62,304 bases of DNA, filler included, from 5 parts of 5 records of this genome joined end to end with filler, not necessarily neighbours in it, one strand, 5' to 3'; positions 32,160 through 41,270 are shown, counted from the first letter of the whole stretch. The notes: generated by a model not told the origin, from the sequence alone. Translations and numbers: made by a program.

Positions 32160-32230
32160 GATATTTGCAAGCAGGTACGCATCAGGCGCTTGACACAGGT
32201 ATAAAACTTCGCGAATACCTCATTAATAAA
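32160..32230. repeat. Diverged copy of the tRNA-Pro-adjacent hairpin element
   Basis: Aligns colinearly with 33662-33736; shared core CTTCGCG(T)AATACCTCAT..ATAAA. Confidence 0.65.
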
Positions 32231-32571
32231 ATAACTGTAGCAGTTTCTATCATTTGCTAAAGAGAATGTATTTTTTCAGAAAGAATTGAGAACGTTCAAA
32301 TTTGAGATATAATAATTATATGTGATTTTATCGATTGCAAAAGCTTTCAGTAGGCTGCTGATTCAAAGAATATTTGTCTTGTTTTCAGAAAACTGTCTGA
32401 AAGCCAAGGGTTTAACAGAGTTGATTGGCAGTAAGGATTGTTCCAATGGTAAAGCATATTTTCTTGTAAGAAATAAGTTCATATGTACATGGATTGTACG
32501 TAGTATATGGCCGAATAATATATAAATATGAACATATTATTACTTTTAACTGTTATACAAGGAGTCACAAC

Positions 32572-33477
32572 ATGAACGCTCATGTCTGCCAAAATATAAA
32601 AACAGTTAAGCGGTACTTATTATCTGGAAACAAACCTGATTTCATAATTATTGGTGCTCAAAAAGCAGGAACTACTTCATTACACTACTATTTAGACCAA
32701 CACCCAGAGCTCTTTGGCTCCAAGCCTAAAGAAGTCTATTACTTCAATAGAGACATTCATTTTGGAAAGAGTTTAAAGTGGTATGAGTCACATTTTACAT
32801 CCATTCCATCGCTTAATAAGAAGAAAAAATATTTTGAGTCTACTCCTGCTTATATGTATCATCCTGGTACTGCTGAAAGGATTAAAGAAGCCTATCCGTA
32901 TATCAAACTTATCGTAGTTCTTCGAGACCCCATTAAACGTGCCTTCTCAGCCTGGAACCACTATCGTGACCTGTTTGAAAGTGGCACATATAAACAAACC
33001 TGGGATTGGCAGGACGATAATCCTATATTCAAATATTTCTTTAATAATCGCTCAGAATTCCCCACCTTTAGGGAATGTATTGACATTGAACTTGATCTTA
33101 TAGCTGAAAATACAGACTTTGAACCAGCAATTCTTGATAACGACATGCATTTTGATGAGTTTCAAAAATGTGAACCTGCAATACTCAGGAGAGGTCTGTA
33201 TCTTGAACAATTAGAAAAGTATTACTCATTGTTTGGAGAGTCAAATCTTTTAGTATTAGGTTTTAAGGACTTAATTACGGACACTGAGAACACTTTAACA
33301 AAAATAACAGATTTTGTTGGGGCTAAAAAAATAACCTGGGATTCTCTACAAAAAGAAGTTAAAAACTCGTTTAAGTACCCTGTAAGTATGAATGATTCTG
33401 ACAAAGCATTCCTTGAAGATTTTTATCGCGAACCAAATGAAAAACTTTTTAATAAAATTGGTGAAATCAATTGGTGA
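32572..33477 (+). CDS. PAPS-dependent sulfotransferase, copy 2 (tandem paralogue)
   Basis: PDFIIIGAQKAGTTSL and LRDPIKRAFS motifs; ATG at 32572 after AGGAG gives 301 aa, the same length as copy 1. Confidence 0.9.
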   Translation: MNAHVCQNIKTVKRYLLSGNKPDFIIIGAQKAGTTSLHYYLDQHPELFGSKPKEVYYFNRDIHFGKSLKWYESHFTSIPSLNKKKKYFESTPAYMYHPGTAERIKEAYPYIKLIVVLRDPIKRAFSAWNHYRDLFESGTYKQTWDWQDDNPIFKYFFNNRSEFPTFRECIDIELDLIAENTDFEPAILDNDMHFDEFQKCEPAILRRGLYLEQLEKYYSLFGESNLLVLGFKDLITDTENTLTKITDFVGAKKITWDSLQKEVKNSFKYPVSMNDSDKAFLEDFYREPNEKLFNKIGEINW

Positions 33478-33640
33478 TCACTGCAAAATGAGCAATACTA
33501 CAAGCTTGGCAGTTTTCACTATTCCTTGAAGAGAATGTCTTCTCTTTAAATCCATTTTTTTAGTTTTTTGTCGAATGGAACAAAACTAAGGATAGTCTCA
33601 TTGCTTTTGACTGTAAAGATTAGATTCAAAGAAAAATAGT

Positions 33641-33668
33641 ATAGAAAATGGTGGGATCGCGGAGATTT
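33641..33668 (-). repeat. 28-bp duplication of the tRNA-Pro 3' end (att-like)
   Basis: ATAGAAAATGGTGGGATCGCGGAGATTT is identical at 33641-33668 and 33738-33765. Confidence 0.9.
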
Positions 33669-33745
33669 ACAACCCAGATGTCGCTTCTGGAGCGCGAAAC
33701 GAGGGATGACGCTTCGCGTAATACCTCATGGATAAACATAGAAAA

Positions 33746-33823
33746 TGGTGGGATCGCGGAGATTTGAACTCCAGTCGCTAGACCCCCAGCCTAACAGGAT
33801 GGACCAGGCTACCCTACGATCCC
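33746..33823 (-). tRNA. tRNA-Pro(GGG), CCA encoded
   Basis: GGGATCG...CGATCCC-A-CCA; anticodon loop CT-GGG-GG; T-loop GTTCAAAT. Confidence 0.95.
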
Positions 33824-33881
33824 GCAGGATTGTAGTTAGATATACATTACAGTATTTTAGTGTTTCCGAAAAAAAAGAAAT

Positions 33882-34619
33882 TCACTGAGAGCTTAGCCAA
33901 ATATCATAAGCCTCGACGACTTCTTCACCTTCAACAAAAACAAGGTCATTGTTTTTACCATAATTGATGGCATCGTTCTTCTCAAGAGCACGACCAGTCT
34001 CGTCGTCAAGCATCTCACAGACCACCATTGCAGGTGTTATTCCAGCGATCTTTGCAAGGGCTATAGAGAGTTCTGTCTGGCCCATGCGTTCATGGACAAG
34101 GCCCTTTGCTGCGCGCAGGGTTGCAACATGTCCAGGAGTCCTGAATTCACTGCCAAAGTGGACATCTTCGCCATTGAGCATTCTATCCACTATCTCACCT
34201 AGTTTGTTGATGGTAAGTGCCCTGTCGTTGTCAGGAATACCGGTACGGGTGTCTCTGTGATTTACCCAGATAGAGAATGAGGAACGAGAATCGTACTTGA
34301 GATCTCCGCCTTTTTCCACTATTTTTTCAAGGGAAGTGTTACACTGAGTTGCATCCCTCATAATATCAGCAATAAAAGGAAGTCCGAGCTGTTCGGATAC
34401 TTCGGAATCCAGAGCTACACACATAAGGCCGCCGGCATCCTTGCGCATCCATCTAACATCAGACGGTGACACAGAATTTGCAGCAATGGTGAAGTCGGTC
34501 TCAGCCTCACGACCTTCCAGGTCGAAAAGCAGGATCATCTCACCATTCTGAAGAGCCTTTATAGCTCTCTGTATATTCTCACTGTATGCTTCTACACCTG
34601 AATTAGTATCTGAACTCAT
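33882..34619 (-). CDS. ribB: 3,4-dihydroxy-2-butanone-4-phosphate synthase (archaeal type)
   Basis: DLEGREAETD, TRTGIPDNDRALT, FRTPGHV, RMGQTE and CEMLDD motifs. Confidence 0.93.
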   Translation of the reverse strand: MSSDTNSGVEAYSENIQRAIKALQNGEMILLFDLEGREAETDFTIAANSVSPSDVRWMRKDAGGLMCVALDSEVSEQLGLPFIADIMRDATQCNTSLEKIVEKGGDLKYDSRSSFSIWVNHRDTRTGIPDNDRALTINKLGEIVDRMLNGEDVHFGSEFRTPGHVATLRAAKGLVHERMGQTELSIALAKIAGITPAMVVCEMLDDETGRALEKNDAINYGKNNDLVFVEGEEVVEAYDIWLSSQ

Positions 34620-34666
34620 TATTATCACTCATCACTCTCGCACATCGCAAATGCGCTATCATCACT

Positions 34667-35332
34667 TCATCTTTGTGGATCTCTCACCACAATCTTTACC
34701 TCGTCGCCATCACTTAGCCTGAGCACTTCACGCAGATTTACAGGCGCGATTATCTCAAGAAGATCTGCCGGATAGTGACTCCTGTCCGGTATGATGACTG
34801 CACTCTTTATGCCCTCTATCTCAATAGGATAACATTTTCCACCACCAAAACTGCGCTCTCCATCATTGAAGCCGTGAATTACCAGAGGCTCCATGAAATC
34901 CATGTTGTCACGAGAGTGAGCACTCTCATCGTTGAGACGCACGTTGAGAGTTCCGGGGAATGGTTTAAAATCGAGTTTGTCCCTGAACTGGGACATGTAA
35001 CCATCCTTTGCAATGTAGTATTGTCCTTCTCCAAGTCCTGTTATGACCTCACCATAGAGTTCAAGGGCCGGATGATCCTTGCAGAATATCTGCTGATAGT
35101 CGGAATACTCCTTTTTGATAAGCCCGATACCCTCTTCCGTTAGATGGACCATCTGCCCTCCTGCAACGAGCTGCCTTGAGATGAAACCGTCATCCTCAAG
35201 TTGTTTGAGAACCCTTGCAGCGGTCTTGGAACTGGTGGATATATGGTGCATGAACTCTGTGGAAGATATCTTCACGGGTTTTTCAATTGCGCCAAGCAGT
35301 GCCAGTTTCTTAAGGGATCTTGTTGTGTACAT
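34667..35332 (-). CDS. rbkR: wHTH-fused CTP-dependent riboflavin kinase / regulator
   Basis: N-terminal wHTH (SSKTAARVLKQLEDDGFI); kinase motifs GLGEGQYY, PFPGTLN and LEIIAP.NLR; directly upstream of ribB. Confidence 0.9.
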   Translation of the reverse strand: MYTTRSLKKLALLGAIEKPVKISSTEFMHHISTSSKTAARVLKQLEDDGFISRQLVAGGQMVHLTEEGIGLIKKEYSDYQQIFCKDHPALELYGEVITGLGEGQYYIAKDGYMSQFRDKLDFKPFPGTLNVRLNDESAHSRDNMDFMEPLVIHGFNDGERSFGGGKCYPIEIEGIKSAVIIPDRSHYPADLLEIIAPVNLREVLRLSDGDEVKIVVRDPQR

Positions 35333-35346
35333 TGACTTACCACATC

Positions 35347-35382
35347 AATCTCATATTTGAGCAGAATCTCATATTTGAGCAG
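35347..35382. promoter_or_regulatory. Tandem 18-bp operator (probable RbkR sites)
   Basis: AATCTCATATTTGAGCAG x2, each containing the palindrome CTCA-N4-TGAG; lies between a minus-strand BRE/TATA (AAAACCTTTATCTA, ~35387-35400) and the rbkR start. Confidence 0.8.
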
Positions 35383-35539
35383 AGAGTAGATAAAGGTTTT
35401 GATATGAGTATAATGCAAGCATCTGCCATGACATTTCCCTCAATGATAAAATGTTAAGTTTTGCATTTATTGAACAAAAGAAACATGAGATAATGTGAAA
35501 ATATAATATATGTTGAGATATTATAGTAATATTGATAAC

Positions 35540-36073
35540 ATGTATATGTATTGTCCTAACTGTGAGGAAAAGAACGATGACTCTGCATCAACATGTAGAA
35601 AATGCGGTCATGAATTTAGAAGCATATCCTCATCTCAACCAAGTTCACCAATTTATGCAGGTTTTGAGAAACGATTCATAGCTCATCTCATTGATGGAAT
35701 GATAATATCTTTCATTAATACAATTGTTGCTTTTATTGTAGTAATCCTAATCGCCATAACTCCATTTTATAGATTATACTTAGTTGAGTTGTTCATCCTG
35801 CTCTTTTGTCCAATTGGCCTTAGTGTCCCCATTCTTTATCACGCTGATATGGAGAGTTCAGCCAGCCGGGCTACTTATGGAAAACAGGCAATGGACATAG
35901 TAGTGAATGATCTTGAAGGGAACAGGATATCCTTTAAAAAAGGAGTGGAGAGATCCATAGCTAAAATCATAACAACCCTTTTCTTTGGCATTGGATACTT
36001 GACAATTATGTCTTCAGAAAAGAAACAGGGGCTTTATGATATGGTTGCCGGAACCGTTGTTGTCCACTATTAA
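35540..36073 (+). CDS. Zinc-ribbon plus RDD family membrane protein
   Basis: CPNC...CRKCG, YAGFEKRFIAHLID and KQGLYDMVAGTVVV motifs. Confidence 0.88.
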   Translation: MYMYCPNCEEKNDDSASTCRKCGHEFRSISSSQPSSPIYAGFEKRFIAHLIDGMIISFINTIVAFIVVILIAITPFYRLYLVELFILLFCPIGLSVPILYHADMESSASRATYGKQAMDIVVNDLEGNRISFKKGVERSIAKIITTLFFGIGYLTIMSSEKKQGLYDMVAGTVVVHY

Positions 36074-36318
36074 GGAAGATAGTCCCATGAATAAAATAGA
36101 TGCCATTTTAGGCACAACAGGAATCATATATTTTAAACGGGGGTCGATTCTTTTGCTTGATATTCGTAAAAGAGACCATATGCTACGAGTGGTTTAACTA
36201 GTACTAATCTTGAAAAACTTATTCCGTAAAATTACTTCATTCCCCATCATCTTTTACTCAATTCTAAGCAATTTTCTGATACCTAACCAATAACACATAA
36301 AAATAAACATCAATAATC

Positions 36319-36374
36319 TATTTGGTTTACTAAACCAATTAATAATCATTTTATTTGGTTTACTAAACCAAATA
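36319..36374. promoter_or_regulatory. Two palindromic operator-like repeats
   Basis: TATTTGGTTTACTAAACCAA at 36319-36338 and 36352-36371 (33-bp spacing); the second extends to an 11-1-11 palindrome. Confidence 0.75.
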
Positions 36375-36404
36375 TATATAAACAAAAAACACCCACTATA
36401 AAAA

Positions 36405-37661
36405 ATGGACAAACAGAAACTAAAAATCCTGCTGACAGAGCAAAACGACCATGTTCGTGAAGTGCCTGAACTGGTCAAAAGAGAAATGCTGGATGAAATA
36501 CAGAGCAGGAAGTCAGACTTAATCATAATAGTTGCAGGCCTTAGAAGAGTTGGAAAATCAACCCTCATGAATGAGATCAGGAAAGACTACCTTCATAATA
36601 GCTATTTTGTGAACTTTGATGATGAGAGATTCTTTGATTTTATGATAGATGACTTTCAGACCATGCAGGAACTGCTCATCGAGTTATATGGTGAAAGGAA
36701 CACATACTTTTTAGATGAGATACAGAACATCCCGGGGTGGGAGAGATTTGTCAGGAGACTACATGACAATGGAAAGAAAGTGTATGTCACCGGTTCAAAT
36801 GCAAGCATGCTGAGCCGTGAGATGGGAACACATCTGACCGGCAGGCATCTAAGTTATTCTCTGTATCCTTATTCGTTCAAAGAATTCCTCTATTTTAAAA
36901 GATATGAGTTACCTGCACTGGGCGTGCTCACAACCGTTGAAAAAAGCACAATCAAAAAACACTTCAACGAGTATATTGAAGCTGGTGGAATACCGGAATT
37001 TGTAAAGAACCGGGATGAACTCTACATCAAGACACTTTATGAGAACATAATCTACAGAGATATAGTCGCAAGGTACAATCTCAAAGATGAAAAGGCACTG
37101 AAAACAACAGCCTACTTTGCAGCATCCAACATAGCAAAGGAAATCAGTTACAACAATATCAGGAAACTGACAGGTCTTTCAAGTGCAACCACAATAAAGG
37201 AATACTTTGAATATCTTGAAAACAGCTACCTTGCATATCTTTTACCTAAATTCTCTACTTCTCTTAAAACTCAAGTTTACTCCAACAAAAAGGTCTACTT
37301 TGTAGATACTGCCATTGCAAAGATACTGGGTTTCAGGACATCTGAAGATTACGGAAGAGTCCTTGAGAATACTGTGTTCATGGAACTCAAAAGAAGGAAC
37401 GAAGAAGTCTACTATCACAGAGAAAAGAAAGAATGTGATTTTGTCATTAGAGATGGATACAACATAAGAGGGGCAATTCAGGTAACACAAAGACTTGAAA
37501 ACCCGGATACAAAGGAAAGGGAGATCGAAGGACTTCTTGAAGCTTTGAAGACTTACAAATTAAAAGAAGGTCTTATCCTTACAGATGACACCGAAGATAA
37601 GATAGAGATGAATGGCAAAAAAATAACTGTAAAGCCCATCTGGAAATGGATGCTGGAATGA
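36405..37661 (+). CDS. AAA_14 ATPase + wHTH + DUF4143 (PD-(D/E)xK-like) protein
   Basis: GLRRVGKST, FLDEIQ, VTGSN, LTGR, GGIPE, KKVYFVD, ENTV..EL and ECDFV...AIQV motifs. Confidence 0.9.
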   Translation: MDKQKLKILLTEQNDHVREVPELVKREMLDEIQSRKSDLIIIVAGLRRVGKSTLMNEIRKDYLHNSYFVNFDDERFFDFMIDDFQTMQELLIELYGERNTYFLDEIQNIPGWERFVRRLHDNGKKVYVTGSNASMLSREMGTHLTGRHLSYSLYPYSFKEFLYFKRYELPALGVLTTVEKSTIKKHFNEYIEAGGIPEFVKNRDELYIKTLYENIIYRDIVARYNLKDEKALKTTAYFAASNIAKEISYNNIRKLTGLSSATTIKEYFEYLENSYLAYLLPKFSTSLKTQVYSNKKVYFVDTAIAKILGFRTSEDYGRVLENTVFMELKRRNEEVYYHREKKECDFVIRDGYNIRGAIQVTQRLENPDTKEREIEGLLEALKTYKLKEGLILTDDTEDKIEMNGKKITVKPIWKWMLE

Positions 37662-37714
37662 GCTATTTACGTTCAAAATAAGTTGTAGCAACTAATTTCC
37701 GGAGATTCTGAAAA

Positions 37715-37736
37715 GTGCCGCCTGCTGCGGATGGTT
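37715..37736 (+). repeat. Short copy of the MITE-core hairpin motif
   Basis: GTGCCGCCTGCTGCGGATGGTT versus GTGCCGCCTGCGGCGGGTGGTT at 44895-44916. Confidence 0.65.
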
Positions 37737-37762
37737 CCACTGGCACTAGTCCTAAAAATTAC

Positions 37763-38458
37763 TTATTCCTCATCATCCACAAACATCTGCGCCACGAGAC
37801 CCAGATGGTCTTCGTGGAATGGGTCAAGCTCCTTCCTCTCAAGCACCTCGAATTCGATGTCAAAGCAGCTTTCAAGTTTGCGGACCTCTTCCTTGAATAT
37901 CTTTTTCGGGCTGGCTACGGTGTCGATACTCCTTGACTTGATAGAGAGCATCAGATATCCGTGTTCTTCTAAGAAATACTTTGAATTGATCGCTGCGATC
38001 TCAGCCTGGTTGGGCTGGGCAACATCCTGGAAGATGACATCCACTTTTTCCACGATATGAGCGTATGATTGTGGTTTGTTTGCATCGGCAAGGATAGGGA
38101 TGATGTTTGGACGCTGGTCACAAAGCTGGATAAGGTCACGCATGGTGCGGGGAGAGAACTCAACTGCGTAGACGAGTCCGTCTGTCAATATATCGGAAAC
38201 GTGGCTGACCGTTGTTCCTGAAGCAGCACCAAGATATAGAACTGCTGAATCAGCTTCAAGAGGAATATCGAAATTCTTGAGCACCATGGCTCCGAGCTTG
38301 CTTCGGCTTGGGTCCCACTGGCGGTATTCAATGCCGTCGTCTGTGATTAGGCGCTCACCATAGACAGTCAGACCTGGGGCCATGTTCCTTGTTGCAAGCA
38401 TTTTCCTGTCATCGATATCCAGTTCATAAATACCGCTGGATAATTCACTTACAGACAT
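37763..38458 (-). CDS. flpA: Fibrillarin-like rRNA 2'-O-methyltransferase
   Basis: RSKLGA, LYLGAASGTTVSHVSD, QDVAQPNQ and IKSRSID motifs. Confidence 0.96.
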   Translation of the reverse strand: MSVSELSSGIYELDIDDRKMLATRNMAPGLTVYGERLITDDGIEYRQWDPSRSKLGAMVLKNFDIPLEADSAVLYLGAASGTTVSHVSDILTDGLVYAVEFSPRTMRDLIQLCDQRPNIIPILADANKPQSYAHIVEKVDVIFQDVAQPNQAEIAAINSKYFLEEHGYLMLSIKSRSIDTVASPKKIFKEEVRKLESCFDIEFEVLERKELDPFHEDHLGLVAQMFVDDEE

Positions 38459-39522
38459 CAGTTCTTTCCTCCTGTCTTTTTGCCTTTCTTCCTTCCTCTG
38501 CCTTTATTACGCTTCCCGCCTCTACCCTGTGGTTTTGCCTCGGGTTTCCTTTCAGGAGGGTTAGGGTTTGCCTGTCTTATGCTTTCCAGTTTCTTCTCAA
38601 GGGCTTTCCGTATGGAAGGATCAGGGTCACCAGAATAGAAGTCAGTCCTTGCAGCCAGGCTTATTTTGGCAGCAAGTGCCCTTGCAAGTTTACCTCTCTG
38701 CCACCAGGGCGCATTCTTGATTATCGGGTTGTTGAAGATAATTCCATGTTTAGGAGACGGGGCTCTGGAGCGAAGATGCTTGAAAAGCGCCCTGCTGGCA
38801 CCAATCACCTGCACCGTGCTGGACGGGAAAGCCGCCAGTTTCTCAAGGCTTCCTGCCATGCTCATCAGGCGGGCACCAAGGGAAGCTCCTGCGATATCAC
38901 ATAGGTTCGGAGCTACCGAGCCCATGCTCGTATTAATGTAATTCTCGAGGTATCTGCGTGTGTCATACAGGCTGCATATATTCTTTGCAAAAGACCTCAA
39001 AATTTCCTCATCCGCATACAGCAGTTCAGCACCCATGGACTGTGATGCCTTGCCTGAAAGTTTGTGGTCATCAGGGACATTCGCCCTTGAACCATAGGCA
39101 GAAACGAATTTTGCAAGCTCCTCACCTGTCATTTCCAGTTCCGGGAAGTACCTTCCGTACCACTCAAACAGGCGTTCACTGAGTTCATTCACATTCTTAT
39201 CGATATCATCCAGCGCTTCAACCGCCTGGATGATTTTTGAATCATCTGTATCTGTCTGTGAAATCTGGCTCTTTGCCGCCCTGATACATACATCCCTCAA
39301 AAGGACATCGTAGTCCTCATCAAGTTCCGTAAAGCCATATTCAAGTGCAGCATCCCTGAGATCCGGGCGTTGCAGGGGAACAGCCTGAGACTTTTCCTGC
39401 AGCTCAACTGCGAGCTCAGCAAGCTTGTCAGGATTCTTTTCAAATAGTTCACAATCTTCCAGCCCGCCATTGCTGTCCAGTTTGAGCTTACCGAACCATG
39501 CGGTGAATTCCGCATCTGCCAT
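38458..39522 (-). CDS. nop5: Nop5 (Nop56/58) box C/D RNP protein
   Basis: EWYGRYFPEL, APNL, PSSTVQVIGA.RALF and PKHGIIF motifs; basic tail. Confidence 0.94.
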   Translation of the reverse strand: MADAEFTAWFGKLKLDSNGGLEDCELFEKNPDKLAELAVELQEKSQAVPLQRPDLRDAALEYGFTELDEDYDVLLRDVCIRAAKSQISQTDTDDSKIIQAVEALDDIDKNVNELSERLFEWYGRYFPELEMTGEELAKFVSAYGSRANVPDDHKLSGKASQSMGAELLYADEEILRSFAKNICSLYDTRRYLENYINTSMGSVAPNLCDIAGASLGARLMSMAGSLEKLAAFPSSTVQVIGASRALFKHLRSRAPSPKHGIIFNNPIIKNAPWWQRGKLARALAAKISLAARTDFYSGDPDPSIRKALEKKLESIRQANPNPPERKPEAKPQGRGGKRNKGRGRKKGKKTGGKN

Positions 39523-39523
39523 G

Positions 39524-40483
39524 TCAGACCCTCCTGATCTCTGCACCGGTGTTGTTCGCCTTTGTTACCAGAACCCTGCCACCTATTGTCCTGTCAAGAA
39601 GTTCCTGCACATCCTCCTGCAGATAGACAGCATCCTCATGATTCTCAACAATACCATAAACAGCCGGTCCGAACGAACTCATGCCGGCACCATAGGCACC
39701 GTTATCCTGCATAAGGGATATCACGTCCCTCACAGCCTGATGCTGGAGGGCTACCTCACGTTTTTTGAAGCCGATGTTCTGCATATGATTGACACAGTAT
39801 CCGAAAGCCTCGATGTCCTGCTCCATAATGGCAGGCATCATTTTCATAAGAATAATATGGGAAAGTTCCTGAACCTCATTCAGGGGTATCGGGCACTCCT
39901 TCTGGAATATATCCACCTCTTTAGCATCGTGTGCCCCTGTGGTATCAGGGAGTGCAAGCACAATATCCCATTCCGGGAAATCATGTCTGAAAGTAACAGG
40001 ACCCGGGTCTGCCCTGCTGGCAGATGAAGGGGAAAATGAACCTTTATCGCTGAACCTGTGACCACCGTCAACGATGAAACCACCCATCTCAAACGATGCT
40101 ACACCAATTCCAGAAGTACCTCCACGTCCCACAGCAATGGCAAGTTCCCTTACGCTCATGCCAAGGTCGTATAGTTCATTCACAGCCGCAGCAGCTGACA
40201 GCGCAGCCTGTGTACCGGAACCAAAACCAACGTGTGCCAGCATGTCTTCTTCAATCTTAAGAGTTATACCCTCGCCTTTGGGAAGGACTTGCTTCACTGC
40301 ATTGGTCATCCTCTGCGCAAGGAAAGAGTCACCCACCACCTCAATAGCATCTGACCTCTCTGCCGATATTACAACATGAGGGGAATCCAGAGAAATACCT
40401 GCACCTCCATCCACCCTTCCGAGTTGCGCATTCATATCGATAAGAGTAAGATGAAGTCTTGATGGGGACTTAATAGTAATCAT
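39524..40483 (-). CDS. mptG: Beta-ribofuranosylaminobenzene 5'-phosphate synthase (methanopterin biosynthesis, GHMP fold)
   Basis: PSRLHLTLID, HVGFGSGTQ, GRGGTSGIG, GGFIVDGGH and GMSSFGP motifs. Confidence 0.92.
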   Translation of the reverse strand: MITIKSPSRLHLTLIDMNAQLGRVDGGAGISLDSPHVVISAERSDAIEVVGDSFLAQRMTNAVKQVLPKGEGITLKIEEDMLAHVGFGSGTQAALSAAAAVNELYDLGMSVRELAIAVGRGGTSGIGVASFEMGGFIVDGGHRFSDKGSFSPSSASRADPGPVTFRHDFPEWDIVLALPDTTGAHDAKEVDIFQKECPIPLNEVQELSHIILMKMMPAIMEQDIEAFGYCVNHMQNIGFKKREVALQHQAVRDVISLMQDNGAYGAGMSSFGPAVYGIVENHEDAVYLQEDVQELLDRTIGGRVLVTKANNTGAEIRRV

Positions 40484-40510
40484 GTCAAGGAGTATCAGTG
40501 ACACATACTA

Positions 40511-41230
40511 TTAAAGATTAACACTTGATTTTTTAGACTTCTTTTTCATAAGGAAATTCCATGAAAAACGAAGCACATTGCCATTCAGCACAAATAACAA
40601 AATTACAGGAATAAATCGATATAACCTGATACGCACTTTCCCTGACATATCAAAATCAAACCTGGTGTCAGTAAAATCCGGCTCCATTAGCATATTAAGA
40701 TTGTTGAAATGGCAGCCAAGGTAAGACGCTAGTGCATGGGAATAACCACAGGCCATTCCGGTATAGGATGGATCAGGAAAACCATATACTGCTTTTACAT
40801 TTGCATAAGGAAGCCTTATGGCACAGACAAGCCCTTTTATCAATCGGATTACAGGAGACTTCAATTGCCTGAAAGCCTGTAGCATCTCGGAAAAAGACAT
40901 GTCTATTGACTTGTTTTTTTTCTTCTTCGTCTTCTCCTTTTTATCCCTTTCTTTTTTGTCCACTTTTTCTTCTTCAATATATTCCGTTACCTTTTCAGTT
41001 ACAAACTTTTCAGCATCCTTTATTTCCTCAGGAATATCGTCTGCCTCATTATCCGACTCATCATCCTTCGGACTGACCTGTCTGGAAAACAACAGCCATT
41101 TTACAGTAACTTTATGTTCAACGGAAGCAGTGGAACCTTTTGCATCAAAAACAATATCAATTGCAGCAAAGAAGACTAGCAGGAATAAAAATACGAAAAG
41201 AAGCAGTATTACTGTTAGAATAGCTAGCAT
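40511..41230 (-). CDS. DUF2953 (YtfI-like) membrane protein
   Basis: N-terminal TM, charged linker and G..DP..TG...G motif; downstream of a YtfJ homologue. Confidence 0.75.
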   Translation of the reverse strand: MLAILTVILLLFVFLFLLVFFAAIDIVFDAKGSTASVEHKVTVKWLLFSRQVSPKDDESDNEADDIPEEIKDAEKFVTEKVTEYIEEEKVDKKERDKKEKTKKKKNKSIDMSFSEMLQAFRQLKSPVIRLIKGLVCAIRLPYANVKAVYGFPDPSYTGMACGYSHALASYLGCHFNNLNMLMEPDFTDTRFDFDMSGKVRIRLYRFIPVILLFVLNGNVLRFSWNFLMKKKSKKSSVNL

Positions 41231-41270
41231 AGCTGCTCCTGTGCTTGCTTGTTAACAAAAAAAGAAAAGA

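Noticed and set aside
35347..36374. Short direct repeats as a possible CRISPR array
   Set aside because: Each occurs only twice, with no spacer-length unique sequences and no cas genes; they fit operators better.
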